Positions 40,090 through 52,250 of a DNA stretch of 64,000 nucleotides are shown piece after piece. Below the pieces are notes generated by a model that was not told where the DNA came from, did no database searches, and saw nothing but the letters and a program-made list of their open reading frames with translations. How positions within the stretch are numbered: position 1 is the first letter of the stretch; the number at the start of each line of letters is the position of its first letter. The translations under genes and the position numbers were made by a program. Origin of the DNA: Octopus sinensis (Eukaryota); contig NC_043001.1 in the NCBI RefSeq assembly GCF_006345805.1, forward strand, positions 64,790,001 to 64,854,000, given 5' to 3'.

Positions 40090-41553
40090 AAGAAGGGCAT
40101 GAGGGATAGATATTTTTAACAACTTCAAAGAGCAATGTAGAACTAAATTTTACTAATTTGATAAGTGTGTGCACAGATGGTACTCTAGCTATGATGGCTA
40201 AGAATGAAAGATTTATTGCACATCTTGAAAGAGTAACCAAAGAATCAAATGTACTAATTTCTTTTCATTGTATTTTACATCAGTAAGATCGTGCAAAATC
40301 TGTCATTTTAAATGACACTTTGCAGAAGTGTAAACTATATTCGAGCAAATGCCCTGAAGCATCATCAATTTTGAAACATGCTAATGATGGATGATGAAGT
40401 AATTAATTTGCCTTATCACTCAAAAGTACACTTGTCACAAGTATTGGTCAAAATTTTGTCTTTACAAAAGCGAATAATTGACTTTTTCAAAGGAAACAAC
40501 AAACATTGTGATTCATCAAATCCAAACTTTTACAGAGATATTGCATTTCCATGTGATTTTATATCAAAACAAAATGAGTTAAACATTTCATTGCCAGGCA
40601 GAAAAAAAATCTATATGTGGCAAAAAATTCAGGCATTTAGAAAAAAGTTGTTTTTCAAGTCTCTTTTGGCTAAATCAAAACTTTCAGAGGGACAATTTCC
40701 CCAGTTTACGAAGTTAATGAGAGAAAATGAAGATATTTCTGGATCTTTTGAAGAATACAAGTCAGTTTTAGACTCATTAGTAGAAGAATACAACAAAAGA
40801 TCTGGTGATTTTGAAAAGCATAACATCATTCTGAAACTTGCTTTTCAGCCTCACTTAGTTGATGTACCAAAAGCTCTTGAAGAGTTACAAATGGAGCTTA
40901 TTAAAATGTCTGAAGATAATATCCTGAAATCTCAGTTTGACAAGAGGGAAAAATCCCATCAAAATTTGGAAAAATGTGGTAGAATATCCTCATCTTCGTG
41001 AACATGCAGAGCAACTAATTTCCTACTTTTCTTCAACATACTATTATGAGTCTACATTCTCGTACTTGACGCAAACCGCTGAGAATGCAATTGACAGATG
41101 AGCATTTGGAGGACCAACTGAAACTAAGAACCACTATGTTAGAGCCTGATAGCAAAATGCTTTCTCAAAAAAGGCAAATTCAAAGAAATTCTTTGAATTT
41201 GCTTGTATAAAAAGTACCTACTTGCCTAAGTTAAATATTTGAAAATGTTATATTCTCAATGTTCATAAGCTGTCTTTTTTATAAGATTATTATTCATTTA
41301 CAATGTACCAACTTAAATAAAATATTTGAAAATGTCTTGCTTTCGATATTATTCATTTACTTATTATTTGTACTTAAATAAAATATTTGAAGTCATGCTT
41401 TCAATTTCTACACACCTGTCTTTCTTTTATTAGATTACTAATAGATTATTTAAGGAATAAAATAACTAAAAAAAAGAAAAATAATTTGTTTAATGTGGCC
41501 TCTATGATGAATTAAAGGGTGGCCTTCATGCACAAAGAGGTTCACCATCCCTG
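40090..41553 (+). mobile_element. hAT transposon (GTF2IRD2/EPM2AIP1-like transposase), 5'-truncated
   Basis: SVCTDGTLAMM, SFHCILHQ and ORF 40378-41001 (LPYHSKV...LQMELIKM). Right terminus aggttcaccatccctg. Confidence 0.85.
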
Positions 41554-41699
41554 AGCTACACCATAGCCAAATTTTTGCAGTTCTTTGTTACATCATCTTA
41601 TTAAATGGTAAGTGCTTAATACATCCCCACATTACTTACAATATTGCAAGCGGTACAATTATCCTCAAGAAACAAGTTGAGGCAACCAGTATACATGTT

Positions 41700-42325
41700 T
41701 TGACAGGTAAATTTTAGCCTCGGTGGTTTAGTTATGTTTGGGAATAAGAGTGATAGCTGTTGATAGCCATGTAGCTAATGTTTAATATGCCTTTGATACT
41801 CCTCCCAAATGTTGCTGATAGCAGTTGAAATTTTTTAACCAGTATCCAGTAATAAGATCTGGGCCTCAGAATTCCCTATTTGGTATCTGTGCTGTCAATT
41901 TTGTAGAGTGTTTGTTTAACATGCTTGCAGTATCCCTGCTCTGTCTCATCTATCCACTCAGTCGTTTTACTAAATCCATCATTTCTTTCCCAAATTGATT
42001 TACAGTAACTTTCCACTTCTGTTGATGGGTTGCTTTTTACTGGTGTTATTTTTGTTGAAGTGACATCAAAAGGTTGCTAGGCTAGTCTGTTTTTCATGCC
42101 AAGTACCCATGTAAAATCTTAGTGAAGTGGTCCATTCAGTTCTTGTAGTGACCAGTCCAGAATGCCAAATGTAGGCCAAAGGACAAGCACTGCAAAGCTG
42201 TTGCAGGCAATATGCTTGTTGTAAGCTGAAAGTTCTGATGACCATATTCTCTTTACTCTCCTGAGGTATTCATTCCTTGTCCTCTCCTTTTTTATGGGTC
42301 TATCATATCTGACATTCTCATCTTG
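41700..42325 (-). mobile_element. R4/Dong-like non-LTR retrotransposon RT remnant
   Basis: The minus strand translates RYLGQDENVRYDRPIKKERTRNEYLRRVKRIWSSELSAYNKHIACNSFAV. Confidence 0.7.
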
Positions 42326-42449
42326 TCCAAGATACCTATAATTGTATGTGTGTGTGCGTGCGTATTAACTTGCAGGGTTTGGAAGAAGAGGTAGTGCACT
42401 TGGTTTTTTTAAGTCTATGTCCATAGACTAATGAGACTGGTGCGATTAA

Positions 42450-42653
42450 CCCTTTAGCATTTAACTACATCTGGCCCAAATATTCTATCCGCTTTATGTT
42501 AAAATTAACCAGATCCAACCTCTCACACCTACCCTACAATGTCATTCTAAAAATAAACAAGCACACTATTGAAATCTTGAAGCTACAAGATAATGCATGA
42601 TAATTCAAACAATATCAATAAATAAGTATTACATTTGATAAAGAAATATGAAG
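42450..42653 (+). mobile_element. piggyBac-type MITE, partial (second partial copy 43662-43723)
   Basis: TTAA-ccctttagcattt start. The same internal sequence atctggccc...attcta...tttatgtt recurs at 43662. Confidence 0.6.
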
Positions 42654-43209
42654 GTGGTGAGCTGGAAAGGAATTCTAGAGAGTCAATGTTCTTGGAAGTA
42701 AAATGAGATGTAGTGATTAGTATGGCCTGGCAGCAAGGTAGGGGGAGGAGGAAATACAAGACACAAATACCAGAGTGGAGACAGCATGAGCCTAACCTGC
42801 TCAGAGAAGCAGAGACTATTAGGGCAGTGGTGTAATAATGTGATCTGATAGGAACCCCTGATGGTGGAGTAGTTTTGATAGGATAATGTGTATATAATAA
42901 GGTATATTTATTTTGAATTTCAGTCTCTTTGATAATTATGATAATTCTTCTATTGTTTATTGTGATTAGTTATTATCAATCCCATGTATGTGTATACTGT
43001 GCGTGTGTGTGTGTGCGCGCACGTGCGTGTGTGTATGTAAATTTGAATACAGAATAAAGAATGAAGTAAAATATTCTTTGATGAAAACAACATGTCCTTT
43101 ATTTCTTCTTAAATTGTGCATAACCAAAAGGTTTGAAAATTACAAGTATGGTTAGTAATGAAAGAAATGTAACATGATTAAATAGTTGTTTATATAGTTG
43201 ACGATTCAA

Positions 43210-43397
43210 TTACTCAACTTGGGTTTCATATGCAGCATATGCTGCCGCCTGAAAATTCTTTGCAGCTGCCACAGGGTCAGGGTCTTCAATAATTCCACGA
43301 CCAACAATTATTGCATCAGAACCATGCACACAAATAGCTTTCTCTGGAGTCAGGTATTGCTGTCCAAGGTCATCTTTTCCCGCAGACATTTTGACAC
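43210..43397 (-). CDS. UMPS: UMP synthase, last coding exon (OMP decarboxylase C-terminus)
   Basis: GVKMSAGKDDLGQQYLTPEKAICVHGSDAIIVGRGIIEDPDPVAAAKNFQAAAYAAYETQVE*. Phase-1 acceptor gattgaag|GTGTC joins in frame to the 57812 exon (HMTP-G|VK). AATAAA on the minus strand at 43098-43103. Confidence 0.95.
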
Positions 43398-43470
43398 CTT
43401 CAATCAAATTTTAAAAAGTTACCCTTAAATTTGAAATCAATTTGTAAAAATTTGAAATGGAAAAGTTTTC

Positions 43471-43515
<45 letters not shown>

Positions 43516-43723
43516 TATATATATACATATATAAATAAAGGTATTATCATAAATAGCCAAACACATATCACAAACACAAAATCCTGTTTCCTATACAAAT
43601 ATGATAAAAAGACCTTCAAAACCAAAACAGTGTATTTAATAAACTATATCACTGGAGTTAACCCTATAGTATTTGAACGAGCCCATATCTGGCCCATATA
43701 TTCTACCTGCTTTATGTTCAAAC

Positions 43724-44326
43724 TTGTGGTCTTGAGATTTCTACTGCTCTTTCTAGCACAACGCTTTCCTATTTGGAAGCCTCTTATTGTATTTCTATAT
43801 GATTAATATATAGTCTAATGACTAATTTGCTTTTTGTGCTAGGCCACTGGTAATAATAATATATTATTACCCTATTTTATTATGTTTAAATATTGTTTGA
43901 TAAATTTGTTCGAAATTTTTACCGGCATCCTCTCTGTCGCTGGGTATAATCTGCGTCTGTGCAGTGGTTTGAAAAGTAAGGATTTACAAACCGTTAGTTC
44001 TACATGTGGATCTGGCGGTCTGTATGTCTGAAATCTAAAGGCTGTCCCACTGAAGAAAACTGGCCTTCAGCAAATACTTTTTTGCTGGAAATAGTTAGAA
44101 ACCGTCGGTCTGGGAAATAGCTGAGATGGTAAACGTTTTTAATTTTCATTCCTTTCGTGAATTTATCCTTTTTTGTGGTCTTGAGATTTCTACTGCTCTT
44201 TCTAGCACAACACTTTCCTATTTGGAAGCCTCTTATTGTATTTCTATATGAATAATAAATAGTCTAATGACTAATTCGTTTTTTGTGCTAGGCCACTGGT
44301 AATAATAATTTATTATTACCCTATTT

Positions 44327-44332
<6 letters not shown>
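43724..44332 (+). mobile_element. 449-bp-period hammerhead-containing repeat (retrozyme-like), about 1.35 units
   Basis: 43724-43883 is repeated at 44173-44332 with about 6 mismatches. A hammerhead core lies between the two copies. Confidence 0.75.
44045..44115 (+). ncRNA. Type I hammerhead ribozyme, catalytic core intact
   Basis: Stem I UCCCA/UGGGA; CUGAAGA at 44050-44056; stem II AACU/AGUU extended by UUCAGCAAA/UUUGCUGGA; GAAA at 44098-44101; stem III ACC-guc-GGU; GUC cleavage triplet at 44108-44110. Confidence 0.8.
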
Positions 44333-44339
<7 letters not shown>

Positions 44340-44371
<32 letters not shown>

Positions 44372-44397
44372 ACTAGAAACTGAAACTGAAAGAAGCC

Positions 44398-44428
<31 letters not shown>

Positions 44429-44910
44429 CAACGGGCTTCTTTCAGTTTCCCTCTATCACATCCACTCGCAAGGTGCCATGCAGTAGGACTGAACCTGGAG
44501 CCAAGTGGTTGGGAAGCAAGCTTCTTTTCACACAGCCATACCTGCACTTTATATGTATATATATATATATATATATATTTATATTATGTTGAGGAAAAAG
44601 TTTGTGTGCCATGTTAAAATAATGAACTGAATGAACACACACACCACAAAAATATATAAAAAGCATTATTTTAACACGGCACACAAACTTTTTCCTGAGC
44701 TTTATATATATATATATATATATATGTGTATGTATGTATGTATGTATACGACATGTTTCTTTCAGTTTCCATCTATCAAATCCACTCACAAGGATTTGGT
44801 TAGCCCAAGGCTATATGAGAAGACAACTGCTGAATGTGCCATGCAATGGAACAGAACCCAGAACCATGTAGTTGGGAAGCAAGCTTCTTACCACACAGCC
44901 ACACCTGTAC
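44340..44910 (-). mobile_element. Two partial tRNA SINE heads separated by (TA)n and other repeat
   Basis: Reverse complements of the 14979 family head at about 44415-44550 and 44750-44910. Confidence 0.75.
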
Positions 44911-45789
44911 ATACACACACATGTGATGAGTATATAAGGATAAATTATCCAGGCAGGTACCATATGGGCACTCCAGTATAATCCAGGTTCAGGCTAACCG
45001 CATTACATAGTAAGAAGCACTTAGGATTACTCAAAGTGAGCAATCCCACTGACGGGTAAATCCTGGGTTCACTTCACAGGATTAAGAATATTTAAGAGTG
45101 TAAATTCAAAACAATTACGAAGAATACGGAAACTAGTACATCATATTTTTTCTTTTAAAAATTTATTTTTACAGTTAATTATAAAGCATAATTGGTTTAT
45201 ATGACTGGTTCGTGTTTCCACTGTATAGGAAGTGTCCAGTTGCATTTGCAACCAGCTATTTTCATTCATTCAGGGTCTGTCCACAAATGCGGTTCAAAGC
45301 GAATGAATTTTATTTGTGTGGCTTAATAAAGTGAAGGGGAAATTTAAAAACTTGAAATGGCTATAAAAATTTACCTCACATTTAACCTCATCTCAACTTT
45401 AGGTTTAAGGATGAAACTGAGAGTCCTTGAGCCTAATGGATCAAAGTTATATCTCAGTGTTTTGTACAATAACTAGGTACAAAATGAGATAAAACAAAAA
45501 CAAACTAAAATTAATTCTGTCAAATTAATTTGGATATCTATGGTATAAGGAACTTATTTATGATGAGAATTTGAAAATTTCTCTGTATAATTGAGTTTTA
45601 GGTTATATGCAGTTTCTATGTTCAGTATGTGTTGCTATGGTTTCTAAAAAAGATATTTCAATTGTTGAGGATATTGATAGTTACTTGAAAGTCAAACCAA
45701 ACATTTATCCCTTAAATTTGTACACCTCCCATTTGTATAGCAGATACTAACTTATCCATCACTTGCATGGAAGTATTTTAATGTTATCT

Positions 45790-46121
45790 TGTGCAAGTGT
45801 GGACATCTTAAGTCTTGTTCTAGTATACAGTTAAGCAACTGGTGTTTAGATGTAAAAATCTGGAAAATTATCTCTTTGCACAAGATTCATCTTTTTCCAC
45901 CTATTATATAAGGTACAGTCATGCTACTTTTTTCCCATTCTATCCTTAAGGGACCGGATGGTGTTACGCCTTTTAAGCCAATCCTTAAACAAATGTAAAT
46001 GGTTTGCCAGTCACGATTTGAAGTTTGTTGAGCACACACCAATTTCCAACATAATCTTATAATGGTACACTAAATTTTCCCTCATACATTCAGTATTTAA
46101 GGGACAAATTTTATTTCTACC
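45790..46121 (-). mobile_element. Penelope-like element, GIY-YIG endonuclease remnant
   Basis: The minus strand gives GRNKICPLNTECMRENLVYH, TNFKS*LANHLHLF and PYIIGGKR*ILCKEII...CPHLHK (CCHH end). Confidence 0.7.
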
Positions 46122-46339
46122 ATAATTACAAAGATTTTTTCCATACTAATACTACTTCTGTTAGTGGATTAAGAACTAGAACTAGTAATCCGCCTTGTTT
46201 TTGTATCTAGTGATCTGCTAATGTTTACATTCTGACTCCAGCATGGCCACAGTCAAATGACTGAAACAAATAAAAGAATATGTGTGTGTGTATGTGTATT
46301 TATATATACACACACATATCTATATAGATGTATATATAC

Positions 46340-47400
46340 TGTCCCTTCATTGAAGTGAGGCCATGCTTGATAGGTTTCACTCAATATGTTTCTAGGTCCT
46401 CAATATTTCTAGCTATTGCTTATTGTCTCATTTTAATGAAATACAGTGGCTTCTCTTCCCCATGATTGTATTTGCTTTATGATGTGTTAGGCCAAGTGAC
46501 AACAACAATTGCCTCACACTGAGTTCAATGAATCCTCTAAGTTCAACTTCAACTAGTAAATTCTCTACTTTCCAGCCTGCATCTTCTTATTCCTCAAGGA
46601 GGTTTTTATAATGGTTGATCTTTCAAGCTTGAGATGCATCCATGATATTTTCATGAGGAACCTTTAACTTTATTAGATTTACTACTTTCTATCTTTCACA
46701 ACATATCATTATATCAGGTTTCTTCATAACTGGAATGGGAAGAATCCTTGGCACCCTGGTGAATCTGCAGCCACCTCCCAATAGTCATTCCACTTTTCAT
46801 CATTCACAGGAAGTTTCTTCTTCAAATGGATCTGCTGTTTTGAATGCACAAAAGTAATGAAATATCTGGTTGGTTTCTTCTGTGGCTTTATGCCACTGTT
46901 GATGAGAGCAATTTGGTTCTTCGTAGCATTGAAGAGAACCAGATTGTGTCTCCATGTATATCTATTCAATGCTAGTGAACAGTTGAAAAGTTTCAGTGTT
47001 CCAACTTTTCTGTATCTGAATTTATAATTTTCTCTGATATGTTCCATCTTACTAAGTTTGTAGCCAATGGCAAGGCATCATCAGATGAATGAATCAGAAA
47101 ACTCAAATGTGATGTACTCCACTTTCCTATTTTATTGCAACTTATTTTTCTCTCAACTGCATATTCTTCCCAACTTGTCATCTGTCCTTGTTGAGAGCAT
47201 AGAATCAAATGAAGCTCTTTTCTCTGTTTCTCTTACTTTGATGCTGTTACTAACAATAAATCTGCATTCGTTCCACATCATACTTGAAAACGGTCTGGAC
47301 CGACCAGCACCAAATCCAATCTCTTCTGATCAATTTATATGGAATCCACTATATCTCAGTGTGTAAGTGATGACAAGATGTCATTAGTCTCTGCTTCTAC
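46340..47400 (-). mobile_element. HERO/NeSL-like LINE with restriction-like endonuclease, remnant
   Basis: QQGQMTSWE...LSFLIHSSDDALPLATNLVRW and NCSLALNRYTWRHNLVL. Confidence 0.75.
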
Positions 47401-47729
47401 TTTCCACTTCCTGGCTGTTTCTACATCTGGTGAATTACGCCTGATTTCTACATCCTTTGACTCTGAGCATAACCATTTGTACCTTCCCTACTTTATAGTA
47501 TATACTATATACTGTTAAACACTCAATGGACATGAAGGGATTCCTGAAGTAAATCTAGTGGCACTTATATACATACTGTTGACGACATCAGGTAGCTGAA
47601 GACAGTGAATGTGCTTTAAGCGGCATACTACGAGATGTATACCCAAGTTTACAATTATTACTTTATGATTCAGCAAATCACTGTAAACAAATTTAAATAT
47701 TTTCTGTGCCTAATTTTTATTTAAGCATA

Positions 47730-47860
47730 ACCTTAACTCTAACCAAAAACGTTCATTCCAAGTGCTTCTACCCTAACCTTCAATCCTAAATGTAAGTCCT
47801 TATCTCAAAACTCTAACCCTCAGTTTACTTCTAAATCTTAAATCCTACTCCTAAATACTG
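47730..47860 (+). repeat. Short degenerate (CCCTAA)n-like tract
   Basis: ccttaactctaacc...ccctaacc...ctctaaccct. Confidence 0.5.
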
Positions 47861-48204
47861 CATTAGGTTCTCATGTCTCAATACCATGTTATTAGACACG
47901 GGCCTGTACTTTTTCTAACAACTGCTAATTAGGTAACACATCATCTATAGATCCTCTTGTGTATTCAAGAAAATCAACTGATTACAACAGTTACATAAAT
48001 GGTATAGATCACATGAATCAGATAATGAGTAATCACCTGATTGGTAGACCAGGTAATTAGTGGTGGATACCTGATTTGGTACATAGTAAATATGTGTGTT
48101 GTGAAACATTTCATTACATACAAAATCAGAAGAGACTCAAAAAGCTATGCAACCATCTGCTGTTCTGAGCAAATGTAGCAATGCAATTTAGGATAGACTT
48201 CTTT

Positions 48205-50345
48205 TTCTTCTTAGCTCCATTGGTGCCTTTGAGGAGCATATTGGGCAGTCAGTGATCGCCAATTATCTCTGTCTCTGACCAACTGGTATGCTTCTTCCCA
48301 GGTGATGTTCAGTTTGTGTAGGTCTTCTTTGAAGGTACTACGCCATATCTTATTTGGCTGGCTTCTTTTTCTCCTATCTTCCAGCAACATCCAGCCCATC
48401 GCTGTTTTGGCAAGCCTTTACCTGTGGTAATCTTAGTATGTGTCCAGCCATTCTCATTTGTTGTTCAGTTACAATTGCATGCAGGGCCTTACTCTTGCTG
48501 CTTGGAGAATGGCTTTATTTGTCACTCTGTCTCAACAAATGATTCTTAGGATCTTTGTGCGGTACTGCCAATGAAATATGTTGAGTTGGCAGATGATTTT
48601 TGCTTTCATCTTCCAAGTTTTAGCTGCTTAGATCACTATTAGCAGTATTGCTGTTTTGTACAGACAAATCTTCAGCTCTATACTTACGTTATTGCTACAC
48701 CTAAGTGTTGTCAGTCATCACCTTGCCAATTCTGCAGCTTACATCTGTCTCTGCATCACTGTTGCTTGTTACTATGCTTCCCAGATAAGTAAAACTTGTA
48801 ACTTCAACTGGTTCTTGTCAAACTTTCACTGGTACACTTTCTACTTGTTTCCCCAACTTGCATTACCTTTGTTTTTTGACTGCTGATTCTCAACCCAGTC
48901 TTTGCCACTTCCCTTTCCATTTTTGATATTTCTTGTAATGTTGGGTGATTCTCAGCTGACATGGCAATGTCATAGGCAAACTCCAAATCTTGTTAGCCAG
49001 TCCCTTGTCATCCATGGTATGTCTATAGCCAGTTCAATTTTGCTGAAATGTTGTCCAGTCCAGGCACTTTATTGTTTTCTAGTCTCTTCACTGCTTCTCT
49101 CACTTCATCTTCCCTTATTGCTCCCCTTTCTCCTGCCAAATGTTCTGTTTGTTGGTCCTCTAAATTCAATTTTACTGTTAGTGCTGGTTAGTTTAGGGTT
49201 TCATTTTGTTATTCTTCACTTAGCAGAGTCTTCTTATTCTTAGCCTTCACTGGCAGACTGCCCCCTTCTATTAATCCTGTTAAATCTCTCGCGATTCTGT
49301 ATAGGGTTCTGATGTCATTGCCTTCTGAGCTTCTTTCATCTTCCACCCATCTTCTTTTGTCATTCCTGCATCCTCTCTTCACCTGCCTATCTGCCACTCG
49401 ACACTACACTACTGTTTTTCTGTTTTTGTTTAGTCCTTTCTTCTTTCTTTTCCTTCCTGCTGTCAATCAACTGCCATGTATCTGGAGTAATCCATCTTTC
49501 CTGATACGTCTTTTTACATCCTTGCACTTTGGGTAAAAGCACTTTTGAACATATTCCATTGTTCTTCCAAATCTCCGGTCTGTTGCAGTGGTTGGAATCA
49601 GTTAACTACCATAGAGTCATGGTCTTGAAAATGGGAAGAAAGTGTTGCCAATGTACAGATCATTCATACTACAGAATAACAAAAAGTGCTTTCCATTTTC
49701 AGCTGTTTTGCTTCCACTTGCTCTAAATAGAATCTAGCTAAGCATTCCAGTCCTTCACAACCAGCTTGATGCCAAAGCGTGGTGCGCTACTGATCACATC
49801 ATGTTAATAAAAATTATTCTTCTCTGTTTCTTCTGCATCGTCTGTTGGTGCTTAGGTACATGGTACTCTTGACGTCCAGAGTAGAGCATGGTAATTTTTC
49901 CACTTTCTATCTAGCATATTTCACTTACTCCCAAAATGCGCAACTTATAGTTGTCAAATTCTTGCAGCAACAGTGTCACTCTGCTACACTAGTACAATGT
50001 CCCCCACATTCCAAGTTCCTTGTTAGTTTTTTTGCAGTTAGGAGTTGGCTCTTCATTAGGGTCCAGGACACCTCTCAGCTTTCCCCTGGATCAGTCACGA
50101 AATCTTTGTTTGTAGCGATACTGATTATTTCTTTAGCACTGTAAGCTTTTACAGGGTCGGGTTGCTAGCCCAATGCCTAACCCGACTCCTTTTTCATCCT
50201 GGACTTGGGACCAGGCCATGGTGGAGTCTAGCAATACTGATTGTTTCTTTAGCACTGTAAGTTTTTACAGGGTCAGATTATTAGCCCAAAGCCTAACCCT
50301 CCTCCGTTCTCATCCTGGACTTGGGACCAGGCCATATGACTATCC
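48205..50345 (-). mobile_element. RTE-BovB-type LINE with deletions, retaining its 5' end
   Basis: Remnants EFAYDIAMSAE, KRGCRNDKRRWVED, LYRIARDL and APE fragments. A 116-bp tandem duplication lies at the 5' UTR (about 50120-50335). Confidence 0.8.
50175..50335 (-). ncRNA. Two tandem twister ribozyme remnants at the RTE 5' end
   Basis: Copy A: CUCC-ACC-AUG-GCCUGG-UCCCAAGU-CCAGG-AUGAAAAA-GGAG-UCGGG. Copy B: GCCUGG-UCCCAAGU-CCAGG-AUGAGAAC-GGAG-GAGGG. Both match the P1-type twister layout GCCGGUCCCAAGCCCGGAUAAA..GAGGG as recalled. Confidence 0.75.
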
Positions 50346-50564
50346 ATTGAAAAATTTAACTGTTGAAAGGAAAGCAAAAGCCTGAATTCCCAAAAACTTT
50401 TAAATCAATGATTGCAAAGAGACTCTGTGCTGAATGCCAACATGAGAAAAGGACCCCCCCCCCCCCGCCCTGGACACTCAAGTGAAATGACTTTCCATGA
50501 TTTTCTCACTGTATCCATGAATGTCATGGAAGCTGTTATGATGTTTGCTAACATGTTCATTTAA

Positions 50565-51650
50565 CCCTTTCATTACCAAACCACCCAAAGCCGCCCGAAA
50601 AAAATTTTGATTCATGTGACCAAGCCGCCCAAACCCGCCCGTATTTACCTATTCATATTTAAATGAGAATATCAGACCAAATCTCTTTAGTACATTCGTG
50701 AAAACACATGATTATACTTCGTAAACAGTTCATCCACAGTTTTGTACAACGATCGAAGTGTAATTTTAATTCCGTGAATTTTGGGAGATTTTTTTCCGAA
50801 ATTTGTTCCTATTGTGTTTTCAAAATTTGTAATTCTGACAAAAAATGGATACGAATTTCATTATATCAAGCAGCAAGTCAGAATTCGAAGGATTTTCTAC
50901 TGAAGACCTTGATAAATCTAACTCTATGACCGAAAAAAAAAGCACGTGGTATTTGATAATGAATCTGACGTTTCATTTTCCAAAAGTGAAAACAGTGAAT
51001 CCGAGAGCTCCGACAGCAATAAAGAAAATGAATTGGCACCTGAATGGAGTGAAAATTTAAAAACTGTTTCTTTCAGTGATTTTTCTGAAGAAACTGGACC
51101 AAGCCACAGACTTTCCCAGGAGAGTAAAGCCTTAGACTATTTCTATTTACTTTTTCGAATGAGCCTATTTGAAATCATTACGGCGGAAACGAACCGTTAC
51201 GCTAAATGTAAACAAAGCCAAAGAAAGGATAGTTAGTGGTTTCCCACAACTTTAAATGAAATTAAGATTATTTTGCCATAAATATTATTATGGGTATCAG
51301 AAAGTTACCCAGAATAACAAATTCTATCGTAAAATTTTGTTGTATACCCAATTGAATATTAGCTAATAACCCATTTTCTATAGCGATGTTTGAACAAAAT
51401 TTTAATAATTTTATATTTTGTTGAATTTACCTGTATCTACCTGCAATTAGAGTCACTTTGTGACAAAAATTATAGTATAGAATTGGTTGAGAACATTTCA
51501 TTAAATTATCTTCCAAAAATCACATTAATACATTGATAAATAAAAAAGTTATAGTTGTTTAATGAAACCAGACTAAATTTATGATTATGTTAGAAATTAA
51601 TTGAAACACATAAGGGGTGTATTTTTGTCAGAAATATAGTAACGAAAGGG
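50565..51650 (+). mobile_element. piggyBac non-autonomous element with transposase N-terminal remnant
   Basis: TTAA TSD on both sides and TIRs ccctttcattac / gtaacgaaaggg. Translates FSEETGPSHRL...LDYFYLLF...ETNRYA. Confidence 0.9.
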
Positions 51651-51654
51651 TTAA

Positions 51655-52250
51655 GTGACCAGCCATCTCCCTGAAGGGATTTGCAATTTGTCTGTTTTCC
51701 TACTTACCAAAACTTTAGCCTTTGCTGAATTATTTCTGTAATTATTTCTGTCTGAGGCATCACCTTTACCTTTGTAGCAGTTGACTATAGTGCTGCTACA
51801 TCATACCCCACCCAACCAGATATTTTAAGGCCCTTTGATACCAAACCTTGCTTCCACATCTGAAATTTCTTCTCTAGTTCTGGTAGTGATTCAAATATAA
51901 GAACATGGTCATCAGCATAGAGGAGCTCCCAAGAGCAGCCCATCTTAAATTCTTCTGTTATGGCTTGGAGGACTATGATGAACAAGAGAAGGTTGAGAAC
52001 CAATCCCTGGTGAACTCCTACATGTACACTGAATTCAGTGCTATACTTGTTGCTAGCTTTCACCTTCCTGACAGCACTCCTATACATGGCTTATATGGCT
52101 CTCGCCAACCACTTATCTATTCCAAGCTTCTGCATTGACTACCAGATAAGGGAGTGGGGGTGCCTGTCAAAGGTTTTTTCTATGTCAACAAAAGACAAGT
52201 ACAGAGGTTACTTTGGCAGACTGCCTCTTAAATGTCACAGCTAACTCTCA
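51655..52250 (-). mobile_element. RTE RT fragment
   Basis: ORF 51785-52087 GVHQGLVLNLLLF...WELLYADDHVL. Confidence 0.8.

Noticed and set aside
45200-45290. ctgaatga...gaaac on the minus strand downstream of the PLE remnant, as a decayed hammerhead
   Set aside because: The core has an insertion, and no convincing stem II or stem I pairing is present.
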